Notes: generated by a model not told the origin, from the sequence alone. Counted from the first letter of the whole stretch, positions 49,190 through 63,155 are shown. The stretch is 63,284 nt of DNA, filler included, from Asterionella formosa (GCA_002256025.1; 16 parts of 16 records of this genome joined end to end with filler, not necessarily neighbours in it); one strand, 5' to 3'. Translations and numbers: made by a program.

Positions 49190-50284
49190 CTACTTTGTCA
49201 AGAAAGTCTCTCCGGTTTGTGCAAATGCATGCAGAGAATTGTCTCAAAATTTGGAGAGTCCCAACAAGTCACACTGGATGGCAGTAGAACGTCTTTTGGG
49301 ATATCTACGTGCAGATATTACAAACAGGAAATTAAAATTGAGAACTCCAATCGAGTTACGTCCACAGGATATTGTTGACACATCATTTGGCGATAATAAG
49401 GACACACGAAAGAGCACTAGTGCCTACTTGGGTACAATCGGTGGAACTGCATTGATCAATTGGATTTCAAAAGGGCAGAACATCGTTACTGTTTCGAGCA
49501 CTGAAGCTGAATACGTGGGTCTCAGCGATGGATCTAAAGAAACGACTTTTACATCCAACTTATTGAATGAGATCGATCACGTTGTCTTGCCAAGCATAAT
49601 TTTGGAGGATAATACTGGAGCGATTTTTCTCTCAAGAAATAAACAAGTTGGTGCAAGAACCAAACATATTGATGTCAGGTACCATTTTATCAGAGAGAAA
49701 GTTGAAAATGGTAATATCCTTGTTTAATATGTGAATACATTGAAAAACCCTGCAGACCTTCTGTCAAAGAACGTAACTCAGAAAATCCATGATTCTCATG
49801 CACATAAAATGCTCAATGGGACAATGGATTGCTGGAATGAGGAGAGTGACAAAATCTAGGATGATTTGAGTTAGGGTTAACAGCATTCCATCAAACTACA
49901 TGTCGTCAATATTATACAGAGAAACTGTTTCCGGTGAGAAATATTTGAACTAATGTTAATGAAGACGAACATACAATTAATAAGATGGGATGGAATATTT
50001 GGAAAGTTAAATGTTCTATGTAATGAACTATTCACAGGCATGTCGTCGCCATTGGAGCTGCCGACAATGTAAGTAAAACAATATTCTATATGTGTTATGA
50101 AGTAAAAGAATGATTGAATGATCAGGAACAGATCATTATCATTACTTGGTTATCTGTATGAAAGTTTGGACAAAAGATCCAAGATCCAACTGATCTGAAA
50201 TAAGTGGAGTTGAATCGATTGTAAATCGATTTCTAGTTTTATAAGCTCACAATAAAATAAGGAAGCAAAACGTTGCTGTCTACA
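49190..50284 (+). mobile_element. Ty1/copia 3' end: RNase H, PPT and putative 3' LTR
   Basis: VDTSFGD...RKSTS...SSTEAEY...EDNTGAI...TKHIDVRYHFIRE...NPADLLSK with a premature TAA at 49725. Purine tract gaggagag, then TG at 49847. LTR end is tentative. Confidence 0.88.
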
Positions 50285-53200
50285 TTTGACTTGTCTAAAA
50301 GAAAGACTATAGCATACAGCGTGTACAAACGTGTACTGCTACTGGTGTAAGGAATTTAACACCTATGGTGCTCCGAGCACTGGTGGTATACCAAGATATA
50401 CCAGGAAGGCCCGGTATTGCACATTTTATGAGCTCAATGACTTATCCCATGCCAACCAGATGAGATATCAGTACTGGTAGGCTGGCTTTCCATTCCAAAC
50501 TTTCTTAGGTNNNNNNNNNNNNNNNNNNNNNNNNNNNNNNNNNNNNNNNNNNNNTTAATTAATTAANNNNNNNNNNNNNNNNNNNNNNNNNNNNNNNNNN
50601 NNNNNNNNNNCGGGATAGGTAATACATTCACCTATTTATGATGGAAGGTCGCTGCATACTTGCTAGTAGCAAGGCTACGTCAAATGATAGCAACTATCAT
50701 GTATTCAAAAGGCACAAAACCAGCAACATTTATGGGCGTCTACGAAAAGCCACACAAAGGGCTTGTATTTATCAATACAGCAGATGGCAATATATAAAAC
50801 AGTAAATCCAAATTATGACCATGTAGGCATGTGACAACGACGAACGCGATGGTCGTCAATAAATGCAAATATATACCCGTGTATTTGGAAACGAGCGACA
50901 GGGACGAGGGATCATTTAGCCGTACTGAAAATGAAAAATGTTGTTTACTGACAATAACATAACGAGGACGCGAGGCTTCAAAAGATTCTTTCTTTTTAGG
51001 TTCATTGACCTGCAGGCGTGGACATTGCACAAAAGAGCAAATGGGATTGAACGCTTAGACCTGGTACCAGTACCGGTATACGTAGTGAAAATTCAGAGTG
51101 CGAGTGTTCGTCATAATGACACTCTACTACCCCCGGTATTCAAGTATTTTGATCTCCTTCCTAAATACCAGGGTCCCTGGTACCAGTACTACGATCAAGA
51201 AATGGAGTCATCATTTGGTGTGTTGTTCGACATTTTGAGCTGAGCATGGTATGTGGCATATGCTATACTGTACCTTGTACTGTTGTATGATTCTACCCAG
51301 CTAATATAGTAGGGGTATGTAGGCCGAAATTACATCGGTAATATAATAGCCTATCAGATACAAGCCATCCATCATGTGTACAGGGGCTCCCAAATCATCG
51401 GTATACCCGGTATGCGAAAACCACTACCAGTACCGGTAGGTAACAACAGTACCGGTTATGATACATCGAAGCAATACTGATGTCAACATTACAAAGCTAC
51501 CTAGATTCCATCTTCCACACCACTTTTATTGTCTTCTTTTCATCGAACCAGATCACCATTGCCTGTGAAGAAATTGTAAAAGTTGTAAGAGAATATGATT
51601 AATAGTCATTAATAATGCCGCAATGTTGTTTCATTCTCTATTGTTAGTAATGGGTTAATGGTTTAGTCTATAATACATATACGACCTAGGTACATTTTTG
51701 AATGTGTATGTAATGTGCATGCCAGGTCTTGTCAACTTGATCAAACTCAGTATATTCAACGTTAAGCGCATATATGAGTTAGTTCATTGGAAAGTACCGT
51801 TTTTCGTTCAATCATCGACAAAAGTCAAGCACACGAGCACACATACCTGTTTGTTGGGTTAGGTTTTCGTTTTGCGGTGAGGCCGCTTACTATTTTAGAA
51901 ATACAGACACGAGAATGCAAGACAGATGGGNNNNNNNNNNNNNNNNNNNNNNNNNNNNNNNNNNNNNNNNNNNNTTAATTAATTAANNNNNNNNNNNNNN
52001 NNNNNNNNNNNNNNNNNNNNNNNNNNNNNNTATACATGTAGTTTCCGGACAGCATGAATCATCATCACAGTATTTCTTTATGCAACAAATGCCAGTGGAC
52101 GCATCTGCCTGAATCTGTACAGGTAGTTAGCACTCGAGTACCTGGTAGGCATACCTGGTACTGGTACCAGGTAAATGATACCACCGGTAGTCGAGATAGG
52201 ATTACCTTGTCATCAATCCCTTCATCAAATTCTTCACTTTAATAATCCGTTACCGTTACCGGTACTACTATTTATGAAGTGAACATATACTCACATAACA
52301 ACCAGCCACTCTGAACATTGTGTAGAGGTACATGTTGTGGTGCCATAGGATCTTCCTTATTTTCCGTGAAAATCGATACCTGGTTGGTACCAGAAAAATT
52401 TAATAAAGCATCGCTAAAAGTTCAAAACTGAGTAATCATTGCTAACCTAGAAGAAATATTAGTTAGCTGAAGGTTGCAACAATGAGTACCGGTAGCATTG
52501 ACATGCAATATTTACCGAAAGGGTGAAACAGCGATGCAATCATATTGTAGCTACTTCACTTGCATGTGATGCCTAGCAGTCTCCCGGCAGATATTACAGC
52601 TCGTGGGAATGGTAATAACAACATTATTTTAGTAGATGATAGTTGCACGCCAAATTTGTCATTCATGTGTCTCAGTATACCAATTAAAACATAAAAATTT
52701 GCATCGAAATCTAACACACATTAACAGGATGTTGTAGCGGCCAATTCCAACGGAACAAAGGTATTTTTTGGAGAAAGTGACCGCCAAATTTCTTCCAGTA
52801 TAGATATGATTGATGATTTAGGTACCAGGTACCCTGGTCCCGGAATTCATCATGGCACTGTGCATCAGACTACAGTACCAGGTACCAGGTGAATGGTACC
52901 ACCATATTATCATACGGTACCGGTAGATGTTTACAGAATACCATATACCGGTATGAAATGATATTGAGGTGGAGGACACTCCACGACGGTTGACTTCGCA
53001 ATAATACACCAACCAAGAATCACAACTCCAATCTCCTGGTTTTGTTCACAGAATAGTAGCTATACATACAAATTGCCCTACACTACTAGAAGCAGCTAAA
53101 TAGGCAATATTAAATGTGATTGCCAGGATTTTCTCTGTGGCCTTGGCAACAATTGGATGCCCCGGAGCAGACCCTACTACCGATATCAAAGAACTCTGAA

Positions 53201-53879
53201 GGGGAAAACTTCCTGGTACCACTTAGTAGCAGACAATATCAAAGGGAGCGAAAACTGAGAGATGTGGGGGGACGAAATTGTGACGTCTTGGATGGTGTCA
53301 AGGACGACATCAATGTCCACGTAGTTGCATCCTTCCCTTGTCAACACAAGNNNNNNNNNNNNNNNNNNNNNNNNNNNNNNNNNNNNNNNNNNNNTTAATT
53401 AATTAANNNNNNNNNNNNNNNNNNNNNNNNNNNNNNNNNNNNNNNNNNNNGAGACATGCAATGCTCAACGATGCTCAACAAGTACCAACGGTGCTTTATT
53501 TCCAATCTGGCAGGCTATTGTAATCTCTACAATCAACAATGACTTAATTATGTGTCTACAACATCAACTACTACTACTACGTGTGCTGAATTCTACAGTG
53601 TGAATCTTCCTCTTGCATGTGTTATTCTTTGCCAGTTCAGATCAAAGAAATATGTCGGAGCGGAAAAAATAATAAGTGAATCGGAATTGGCGACTCTTTC
53701 GTTCATTATATGGTGAAAGCAGCATAATATTGCGGCAGAGCAGCATAATTTCGCTTTTAAACTGTTGCGATGGCTAGTTGGTCAACATATATTGTCACGA
53801 ACACACATAATTATTGGTGTGATCACATAATTATTCGATAAGTGAAATAAATTTTTGTTTAACCCGAATAAATTAGGGA

Positions 53880-53955
53880 AAAAGTAGCATAATATTTCAA
53901 AAAAGTAACATAATATTTTAGAAAAGTAACATAATATTTTAAAAAAGTAGCATAA
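53880..53955. repeat. 21-bp minisatellite (aaaaagta[g/a]cataatattt), ~3.5 copies
   Basis: Direct tandem copies visible next to the truncated transposase. Confidence 0.75.
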
Positions 53956-53965
53956 ATACGTCACT

Positions 53966-54770
53966 TTACACATAAATTCGAAAAAGTGCCGTAAACGGCG
54001 TCTTAGATGTTGGAAGATCCGGTGAGGTATCAAAGTTGTCTGCATGATATTCTACCATAGAGGTTCCATCATGGTCACTGTAATGAAATCCAGTATTCTT
54101 GACAACTAAACCTTGTGACTCTAGAAGTTTAGATTTTTCTGCTGTAAAATGTACCCACCTTGGAGCATTAACCTCTTTCTTGAAGTATTCAGCAATGAAA
54201 ATTCGACGGTAGGCTAAGGTGTCTGCCTTCTCATGACCATCGACAAAGTAATGTTTCCTTCGAGTCTCATACTTGAATCCAACTGCGTGCATCCACCTTG
54301 CAATTGTACAAATTGAGATCTTTGTCAAACCATAGGTCAGAAGGAACTGTTCTCTGCTGTTGTTTAATTCACTGTCCTCAACAACTCCTGGTCTTGCTGG
54401 TAAGTCTTCATAGACGTCGCAATCATCAGGAACATCTACACCCAAACTCGCAACCAATGTTGGTACCAGATGTTCATGAACATATTCATACATTTTTTCC
54501 ACAGACAAGTCATTTAAATTGGCGATCCCAAATTTCTTGAATGCATTCATGGCATCAGGATTTGATTGGAAGAATGGAGGGATCTTATCCTTTTTGATTG
54601 GCGACTTACAGAAAGCATCTTGTAAATTGTATGCCAGTTGCCGATGCCACCTTCCAAGAGTCCTCACATTGGAGTAGGCTTCTAATCCAAGATCATTCAT
54701 AACTCCAATTGAATATTGGAGGCACTGCTGCCAGGTCCATCTGGTTTCCCCAATTTCCTTCTGAACAAAC
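53966..54770 (-). pseudogene. truncated DNA transposase-like ORF (IS630/Tc1-mariner-related, DGHE motif)
   Basis: HTH-like ISICTIARWMHAVGFKY followed by YFVDGHEKADTLAYR, a signature I recall from a eukaryotic Tc1/mariner-related family. It ends before a recognisable DDE core. Confidence 0.65.
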
Positions 54771-54870
54771 NNNNNNNNNNNNNNNNNNNNNNNNNNNNNN
54801 NNNNNNNNNNNNNNTTAATTAATTAANNNNNNNNNNNNNNNNNNNNNNNNNNNNNNNNNNNNNNNNNNNN

Positions 54871-56190
54871 TTAACATCGCGTGTATTGATTACAGTGTTA
54901 GTCTCATGATTATACATACGATACGTATCTTGGGAGTGGTCCTCCGAATAACCCAAAAAGACACACTTGAAAGAACGTGCGTCTAATTTCTTAATGCTGT
55001 GTCTTGCAGTAACCCATCCTACGCGCCCAAATTGCTTGTATAACTTGTAGGGCCTTCTTGGATTCATTTCGCCGTAGAACATGTCGTCGGGACTTCTTTT
55101 AGTTACTGAGTTAACTGTACTATTTGTTAAACGTGTAGCTGTATGTACCGCCTCTGCCCATAATAGCCCTTGGTACTCATCTGTTAGTTTCGCACTTAGC
55201 ATCATTGCTAGTGCCCTCTGTCGCACAATGACAAAACCGCGTTCCGCTACACCATTGTGTTGTGGAGTGTGCGGGGCAGTAAATTCCATTTTTATACCGC
55301 GATTTTCACATACCTTTCTCAATTGTTTAGTATTCTCGCCTGCGTCATCGCAACGGACATACTTTGTCTTGTGACCGGCTCCGGCTAAACTTGATAGTAA
55401 AACTTCAATGACTGTTCCGATATCGCTCTTCTTTTTAATGAAATAGCTCCAGCGCTTTCTTGTGTAGTCGTCCACTGCCATGACCCAGTACTGATTGCCA
55501 ACAGCGGATTTCGCGTAGGGTCCGCTGATGTCCACAAACAGTCTCTCTCCAGGTACCGTCGATTTTTCTTGCGTTGTTTTTGGGACGGCTCGTGCTTTAG
55601 CTTTCGCTGCCGCACAGCCTGCGCACACTGTCATGATGCCGCTCAACTTCCATCCAAATAATTTCGCCGTATCGTGCAAACATTTCTCGCCCACATGACC
55701 AAGCATCGCATGCGCTTCATTGATATCGACAATCACATAATTATTTTTAAACTCACCATTTTGATTATTCCATTTGTTCTTTCCTTTGTTCGTTTTCTTT
55801 GCTTCAACTTTCGTCCAATCGTTTTCGTTGTGGTCGTCGATCGATTGTTGTGTCGCGTTCTCTTGCAGTTGATCGACTTCCATCACCGTTTGCTTGATGA
55901 TCGGATTACCTTCGACATGATACATTGCTCCGAGCTTTCGAGTTTTATCTCTTTTGCAGGTTAGAAAACCGCTCCTGTTTCGTATCGTCATCCTATCGTC
56001 CTCGAAGATCACTTGATTACCCTTGTCGATCATTCTAGAGACACTGATGATGTTCTGCTTGAACTCCGGTGCATAAAGCACATCGGTGAGTTTCAAGCAT
56101 TTTCCTTCGTCCGTAGTCGTCAGAGTCACGGTACCAGAGACAGTTGATACTATCTCAGTTCCATTTCCTACCACGACCGTTTCACTCACT
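54871..56190 (-). mobile_element. canonical Ty1/copia pol fragment (protease end, HHCC zinc finger, integrase), open frame
   Basis: VVVGNG, DVLYAP, HAMLGH...CAGC, VDISGP...DDAGEN...NGVAER, LWAEA and CVFLGY. Confidence 0.93.
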
Positions 56191-56861
56191 NNNNNNNNNN
56201 NNNNNNNNNNNNNNNNNNNNNNNNNNNNNNNNNNTTAATTAATTAANNNNNNNNNNNNNNNNNNNNNNNNNNNNNNNNNNNNNNNNNNNNAAGTAAAATC
56301 AGTTGTGGCTGTGTACATTGAGGGGTAGTACGAGACACCAGGTTTGGTGATGATGGTAGACTGAAAACGGAAAAAGCAAGCAAGCTAGCGTTATACTCAA
56401 TAATTTTATCCAATATATATCATATGGAGTACCAGGACCTGGCACCATCCTGATGTGATATTTTGATTTGATGCTGATTTTTCTACTATTTTTGTTTTTG
56501 CTAGCCTATACTTGCCCTCCAATGCTTTACAAGCAAGGCATGCAGAATTTTATGCAGGATTCCTACAGAGCAGTAAAGTGGCAAGCTAGACCAGTTGTAT
56601 ACTGATGAAATTCTATAACAGCATGGTATTTGAAAAATGAAATGACAAGCAGTGTCAGCAGACTAGCTAGTATCCAATACTGTAGGATACATTCAACAAC
56701 ACTTGCTTGCTCGATACTATATGCACTAACCCATCAGATAGTATGATGAATCATGTTCCCTTGCGCACTCAGGCAGATAAATTGAAGCTAACGTATAATG
56801 CGCTTTCTATGACCACGGAGTTACACATGGAATTTCATAGCATGGCCTGCTAACAAATCCA

Positions 56862-57077
56862 TGTGCTTCCCTTGTTTTGTTAGCATAGATGATGGTGAGT
56901 CCCTAATGATCTTTCGTTAGTAAAGGCGATTGTCTCAGCCGCAGCATTATGGGAATCTCCGACCGTCTAGGAAGGCGGCACAATGCTTTTGGGGCGGGGC
57001 GATCCACTATTTCGTGTACACCAGGCAAGACTGCGTGAGAAGGTGAGGAGTGTGGGATTTGAACCCAACAATACTTC
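56862..57077 (-). mobile_element. SINE family A, partial copy
   Basis: Sense strand attgttgggttcaaatcccacactcct...gtcttgcctggtgtacacgaaatagtgg...ctgcggctgagacaatcgcc...gactcacc...caaaacaagggaagcaca aligns with 7311-7508. Confidence 0.75.
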
Positions 57078-57731
57078 AGCCAATCTGGAGTAGGTGAGTA
57101 AATTCAATTCAACTAATAAGAATATTTTTTGTAGTGATGCGGGAACTTACCATGGAGTCTTTTTGGACAGAAAACTACTATACAGGCAAACATAGTACCT
57201 ACGCAAGACTCTAAGTCTACAAGAACGTTTTGCTCATATAAATTCCGATTCCAATATTTTGGTGACTGTTGAAAAAGCCGATTGGGTCGACTTTTTGGAG
57301 GAGGGTTGCTCTACATCTACGGGGTTTCATGAAGAATTAAATAGATAGCCGTGTACCCTATAACATCAGGAGTTAACTTCTGCAGAGAAGTGGCAGTTAT
57401 CCTCGTAGAATTTTTTCAAAGCTTGATGGCCCCCTTTTTTGACTATTTTTTGGATAGTTACGATTCCAAGAGGGATAACTGCCACTTCTCTGCAGAAATG
57501 AGGTCCTTACCATATCTGTATATAGATCATACCCCTAAGTCGACCCATGACTGTATCTAAGCATATGCAAAGTAGTCGTATTGGTGAAAGCTAATTTTAC
57601 CTTTAACTTNNNNNNNNNNNNNNNNNNNNNNNNNNNNNNNNNNNNNNNNNNNNTTAATTAATTAANNNNNNNNNNNNNNNNNNNNNNNNNNNNNNNNNNN
57701 NNNNNNNNNGGGGGCAGCGCTTTGACTTTCA

Positions 57732-57860
57732 CAGCCTCTCTACAGAGCTGCGACAGAAAATATTAGGGATAAACATAGTACCACCATAACCGTACATGGC
57801 AGCCTCTAAAGAGCTGCGACAGAAAATATTAGGGAAAAACATAGTACCACCATAACCATA
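57732..57860. repeat. ~60-bp direct duplication
   Basis: agagctgcgacagaaaatattaggga.aaacatagtaccaccataacc occurs twice. Confidence 0.8.
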
Positions 57861-58124
57861 GGTGCTACTTAAAGGTGCTGATAAAAGATGTAGACGTACT
57901 ACCTGGTACCGGTAGTAACTCGTCAGCCTGGCTAATTATCGCGCCAGTTAAATTCATAAAAGCAATATAATGATAACTACCGGGTAGGTATGCCGTGCAT
58001 CAACACATCACAAGCATTGATTGTCTCCAATAGTACTTAGAAGTGCTGTCACTAGCAGCAGATCACAATGATTTTGTTGTTTTAACAAACGACGAGTTAA
58101 CTTAACTTTTGCTAAACAACCACC

Positions 58125-59028
58125 ATGTGGGCTAATCGACACAATTCTGCATCGTTGTCTGATACAGACTCCATACCGCCAGGCAATCCTGCATCGGATG
58201 GATACGTTGATTATCAACTTGAGGAGTATAATGAATCGGAAGAGAGTGTCAAAGGAGATGGGAGGTTGACGGCAGAACAAGAAAGAGATAAACTCCAAAT
58301 TCTATTGTCTGAGAGTACACAGGAAATCAAGCGCCTACGTGAATTAGCAGCTGAAAACAACCGTTTAACAATTGGAGTAGTAGGTGGAATTGGCCGGTGC
58401 AAACATTGGACAAACCTTCTGGCTAGCTGGGTCAGAGAGGAATTGTTTCCAAAAGTTAAATTCGTCACAGGTGATTATGATTTGGAAATGAGGGAACCCG
58501 ACAGCATTGCTGGTGCTGTTCGTTATCATTTCCCATCACTCAGAAATGGTACTGACGAAGAGTTTGAATCATTTTGGTTCACATATAAGTGTGACATCAA
58601 CAAAATTATGTCTGAAAAAAGGAATGCTGTTTCAACATCAATCAGAAAGGGTTTCGAAAGTAAGTTCAAAATGAGGTGTCGTGCTTGCTGTTGGCTTCCT
58701 GTTCCAAACAACAATACTTAATTATAAAAACAGGAATGGTTGAGGATGGAAAGTTACAGTTCCTTTCCCGGAATACGATTGTTCAGTCCAGGACAGAACC
58801 ACCAGATGTTGGTAAAGTTGAAGAGCATCCCTTCATTATTCTAGTGAATTACATTTTTTCTCGGGTAGTGAAGTATGGTGATTATGCTAGCCAAAAACAC
58901 AAAAAAAATATGGCCTCCATCATGACTGTATCGGATGAAGCATATGCCTTGCTTGTCTTAGAAAATAGTTGGGATGTATGGACCCAGAACTATACAACTG
59001 GGGATACTGGTAATGAAATTGCTGGCAG
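58125..59028 (+). CDS. spliced hypothetical protein, probably transposon-associated (SDEAYALLVLEN motif); exons 58125-58659, 58734->59028
   Basis: GT-AG intron 58660-58733 joins two ORFs in frame. LFPKVKF and TVSDEAYALLVLENSWDVW resemble multicopy diatom ORFs (from recall). 3'-truncated. Confidence 0.55.
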
Positions 59029-59128
59029 NNNNNNNNNNNNNNNNNNNNNNNNNNNNNNNNNNNNNNNNNNNNTTAATTAATTAANNNNNNNNNNNNNNNN
59101 NNNNNNNNNNNNNNNNNNNNNNNNNNNN

Positions 59129-60447
59129 GACTCTGAGAAAGAAGATGCATTCATTGTTCATTTGCCTGACAAAACAGTTCGATTTGAAAGAATTGGGATG
59201 AACTTATATGTTTTCAAGCCAACTACAAGAATTAGAGTGGAGAATGCTCAAATGTTAAATACACTTGAAGAAAACAAAACATTTTACACTGAACGTCAAT
59301 TTCAGAGAGCTAAGCGAGCTCGTGATCTATTTCATGCCTTGGGTACACCATCAATTAATGATTTCTAGGCAATAATTCGTATGAATACGATCAACAATAA
59401 TCCAGTGACTACCGATGATATCAAAATTGCAGAGAAAATTTTTGGACCTGACATCGGAACACTAAAAGGCAAGACAACTCGTTGCAAGCCGCTGCCAGTC
59501 GTGAACGACTACATCGAGATTCCTAAGGAGCTTATCCAAGCTCAACGCGAAGTGACTCTTTGCATGGATGGAATGAAAGTCAATGGACAATCATTTCTCA
59601 CAACAATTTCTCGAAACATTATGTATAGGACAGCGCAATGGGTCAAGAATCAGACAGCTGAAGTCTATCGAGATACTTTGATTCAAGTATTCCGTGTTTA
59701 TAATACCGGAGGATTTAAAATTACAACAATCCACTGTGACAATGAGTTTCGACCTTTGATGGAACAAATTTCCAATGAATTTCAAGTCACTATGAACTAC
59801 GCAAACCCACAAGAACATGTTCCCGAAGCGGAGCGAAATAATCGAGTGATTAAAGAACGCGTGCGCGCAGCTTATCATCGATTACCCTTCAAACATTTGC
59901 CGCGACTGATGATTAAGATTCTAGTCACAGAATCTGCAAGGAAACTGAATTTCTTTCCGGCAAAGAACGGGATATCCCCGTATTACAGTCCTCGTATGAT
60001 TTTACATCAACGAAACCTGGACTATGCTCGACATTGCCAGTATACATTTGGCACTTATGTCCAAGCACATGAAGAACCTGTGTTTTCAAACACTAATGCA
60101 CCTCGCAGCCTAGATTGCATTTTTCTACGCTACAATGACAATGTGCAAGGAGGTCATGAATTGTTACACCTACCTACAAATTCATTGATCACTAGACGAA
60201 CAATTACTCCTCTACCACTTACCCCAGCAATCATGAATCAAGCACACGCCCTTGCTGTGCAGGAAAATATGCCAGATGGTCTCAAGATATCAAATCGAAC
60301 GGTACAACTATTTTATGATAGTGCTTGGATTGCAGGAGTGGATTATGATAACGAAGCATTTGAAGATGCACAAGATGAAGATTATGAAGATCAAGATGCT
60401 AGTGACAACGAAAGCAATGATGAAATTCTCGGAGAAGAAGACTATGA
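59129..60447 (+). mobile_element. second copy of Copia B integrase region
   Basis: Highly similar to the reverse complement of ~39680-40985. It retains the NIMYRTAQW segment deleted in the other copy; one stop at 59366. Confidence 0.93.
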
Positions 60448-60547
60448 NNNNNNNNNNNNNNNNNNNNNNNNNNNNNNNNNNNNNNNNNNNNTTAATTAAT
60501 TAANNNNNNNNNNNNNNNNNNNNNNNNNNNNNNNNNNNNNNNNNNNN

Positions 60548-61866
60548 GCAATCTCATCCACAACCCATGAAGAATCACATGCACCACTAGTTGATTCCTT
60601 GCTCGATGAGGTGCGATCTACTTCAGCTGCAGATTTCGCTTCATCTCTTGAGCCTACTCCCCATGTCTACAGTTGGGACCATACTGGTCACACTTCCACC
60701 ATACCATCTGTCTACCATACTGGCATGGTTGCTGTCCTTGATCGTTCTTGCATAGATATGACAACAAATCCAGAACCCAATCCAACATACTCACATCATG
60801 ATCCCACTGAAATTCAACACAGTGCTCCAAATTCTTTACCTCATGCCACCACCACCTCAATTACTGCCGCTCTTGAATATGCTGCCCGCCTTCAAGATGG
60901 TGAGACTCTCATGCATGTTGATACTGGAGCAAATGGAAATGTGACATGTGTCAGTAATGAGCTCCATAATGTGGTCAGCTCTAACGTGGTCTGTCAAACT
61001 GCCAAAATTGGAGACAATGACCAGGTTGGTTATATTGGCACATTACTACCTTGTTTCATTTCTGCTGATCGTACACTCGAATTAGAAATGTCCTTGCCAA
61101 ACACTGTTGAACTTCCCCATTATCGCCGACGGTCACTTAGTATTCATGCTCTCAAACGACTTGGATATGAAGTTGATCATCGCCTTCGCCGACATGGGAA
61201 CCTCCTCTGGTTAAAGCTCCCTAATGGAAAAGAATACTCATTTAAACTTCTTACATTTGATGACGCCGATTATCTAATTGTGCGCCTCCATAAGCCTGCT
61301 CTCACGATCACTACATCAGCTATTAACCTAGTTAATACTATGAAACCTGAAGGGCTATATCACCTTATTCACTTGCGAATGGGTTGTCCCGGCCGTCGAG
61401 CCATGGAACTACTGCTCAATGGGAAGAGTGTTATTGGTCTTCCCCCAAATGTTCCTATTCCCACCAATTTCTCATGCCCTATCTGTCTAAAAGAAAAACA
61501 ACCATCACTTCCTAAAAATCACACCAAGGAATCTCCATTTAAGGTAGTGGGACAATTATTGCACATGGATTTTGGTTTTTATGGGAAGCAATCATGTCGT
61601 GGTTTCAAATGTTTTCTTGTCGTCACTGAAGCTATTTCCAATCACCGATGGACATTCTGCCGCCAATCCAAGGCAACCCCGGTCAAACTCATTTTATGGA
61701 TTATTCAACATATTCAAATTCGAACAGGTCACAACGTTCGTCGCATTCGTATGGATGGTGAATTATTTGCGAATAACACATTAAAAACGCAATTGTCACT
61801 GTTGCATATCACAGCTGAACCCACAGGAGCATATACATCTTCTCAAAATGGCAAAGCAGAGGTATC
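60548..61866 (+). mobile_element. divergent Ty1/copia pol fragment (protease, zinc finger, integrase)
   Basis: MHVDTGANGNV, HLRMGC...CPIC and LHMDFG...RMDGEL...SSQNGKAE. Confidence 0.85.
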
Positions 61867-62286
61867 NNNNNNNNNNNNNNNNNNNNNNNNNNNNNNNNNN
61901 NNNNNNNNNNTTAATTAATTAANNNNNNNNNNNNNNNNNNNNNNNNNNNNNNNNNNNNNNNNNNNNAAGCGATTTCAGGGATGAAGTCTCTGGCTCATTA
62001 TCGAAGAAAGTATACAAGTGAGGAAATGGTAAGTTGTCCAAAATCATGATGTCATAACTTCGGCAAGACCATCATCATCGTTGTAGCTGTTGATTGTTAT
62101 TTGCACTAATGTCCTGTCGTTGCTCTTGTAAGCACAGCGGATGATGCAATGTGGCTGGAGGAGGAACGGCAGGGGAGACATGTCCTGTCGTTGCTCTTGT
62201 AAGCACAGCGGATGATGGGGAGGGGGGCATCGAACTGAATGCAGGAAGAAATAATCAGCAATCAGCCGCATGTGACAGGGTCGATT

Positions 62287-63155
62287 TCAAGGAATAATGA
62301 GACAGCAAGCAATCTCCGGTGTTAGGGATCCAAAAAGTTGAGATCCCAAAGGGGACAAAGCTGTGATGTCTGTTCTACCGTCGTTGCAATCAGTGTTATC
62401 CCAATCACAAAAATTATATTCAGAAGCAGTTCCATTATCATGCAACCATGATTCGCCTGAAAGGAGATCACCAGTCGCATAATTGAACACCGCCAGCACA
62501 TAGAATTGCAAAACAACATAGTCTGTGGCACTATTATAAAGTGTCGACTTGCTTCTCCAACCTTGTAAGTGCCTTTTTTGTGAGGAGCCAGTAGTTGAAA
62601 GTGCTGTTCCGTTATCAAACGAATGTTCAGCCAAGAATCCAAACAAACTTTGAGATGGGCTTACTGATGGAGTTTCTGATGGAGCCAATGTTTTGAGTGA
62701 TGGTTTTTTTAGCTGAATTAGGATGGAAACGAAGATGTCAATTACCAAAAATATTAACAAAGCAGTCTTCACTTGACGTTGACATTGGGCTGTTTCTTCT
62801 GCTTCAACGTCAACAAGAGAGGCACTGCTGGCAAGTTCGGAATCAACCACAAGTTCAGCATTGAATAGTGTTGCAGGTTCCAGCTGGCCTTGTTCACTTC
62901 TGAATCTCATGGGTGGCAAAATCATTGTCACCATTCAAAAAGGAATCATGCTGTGGAGTGATTCTTGATCCCCGTACTGGAAATGCGCCAGGATGTGCCT
63001 GTTGTGGTGGTGATGCCACATGGAGCTGTTGATGAGAGTGCTGTGACAAAGATATCAGAAGAAAGGTTGTCATCTTGAGGCACCTCTGGTATCTCCTGCA
63101 AGGTATTGGCTTCCTGGTATTGAAAAAAAATGGCTGATCTTGCCTCGCCTCCCAA
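62287..63155 (-). pseudogene. decayed diatom-type LRR receptor-like gene (N-terminal part)
   Basis: PGAFPV, LFNAELV, a TM helix, PSETPSVSPS stalk, LQFYVLAVFNYAT...WL...CDW...LFGSL LRR cap. Frameshifted, stops before the LRRs. Confidence 0.7.

Noticed and set aside
21718..61966. Regularly spaced TTAATTAATTAA palindromes within N runs
   Set aside because: Artificial six-frame-stop contig linkers; the ~1.42-kb spacing reflects size-sorted contigs.
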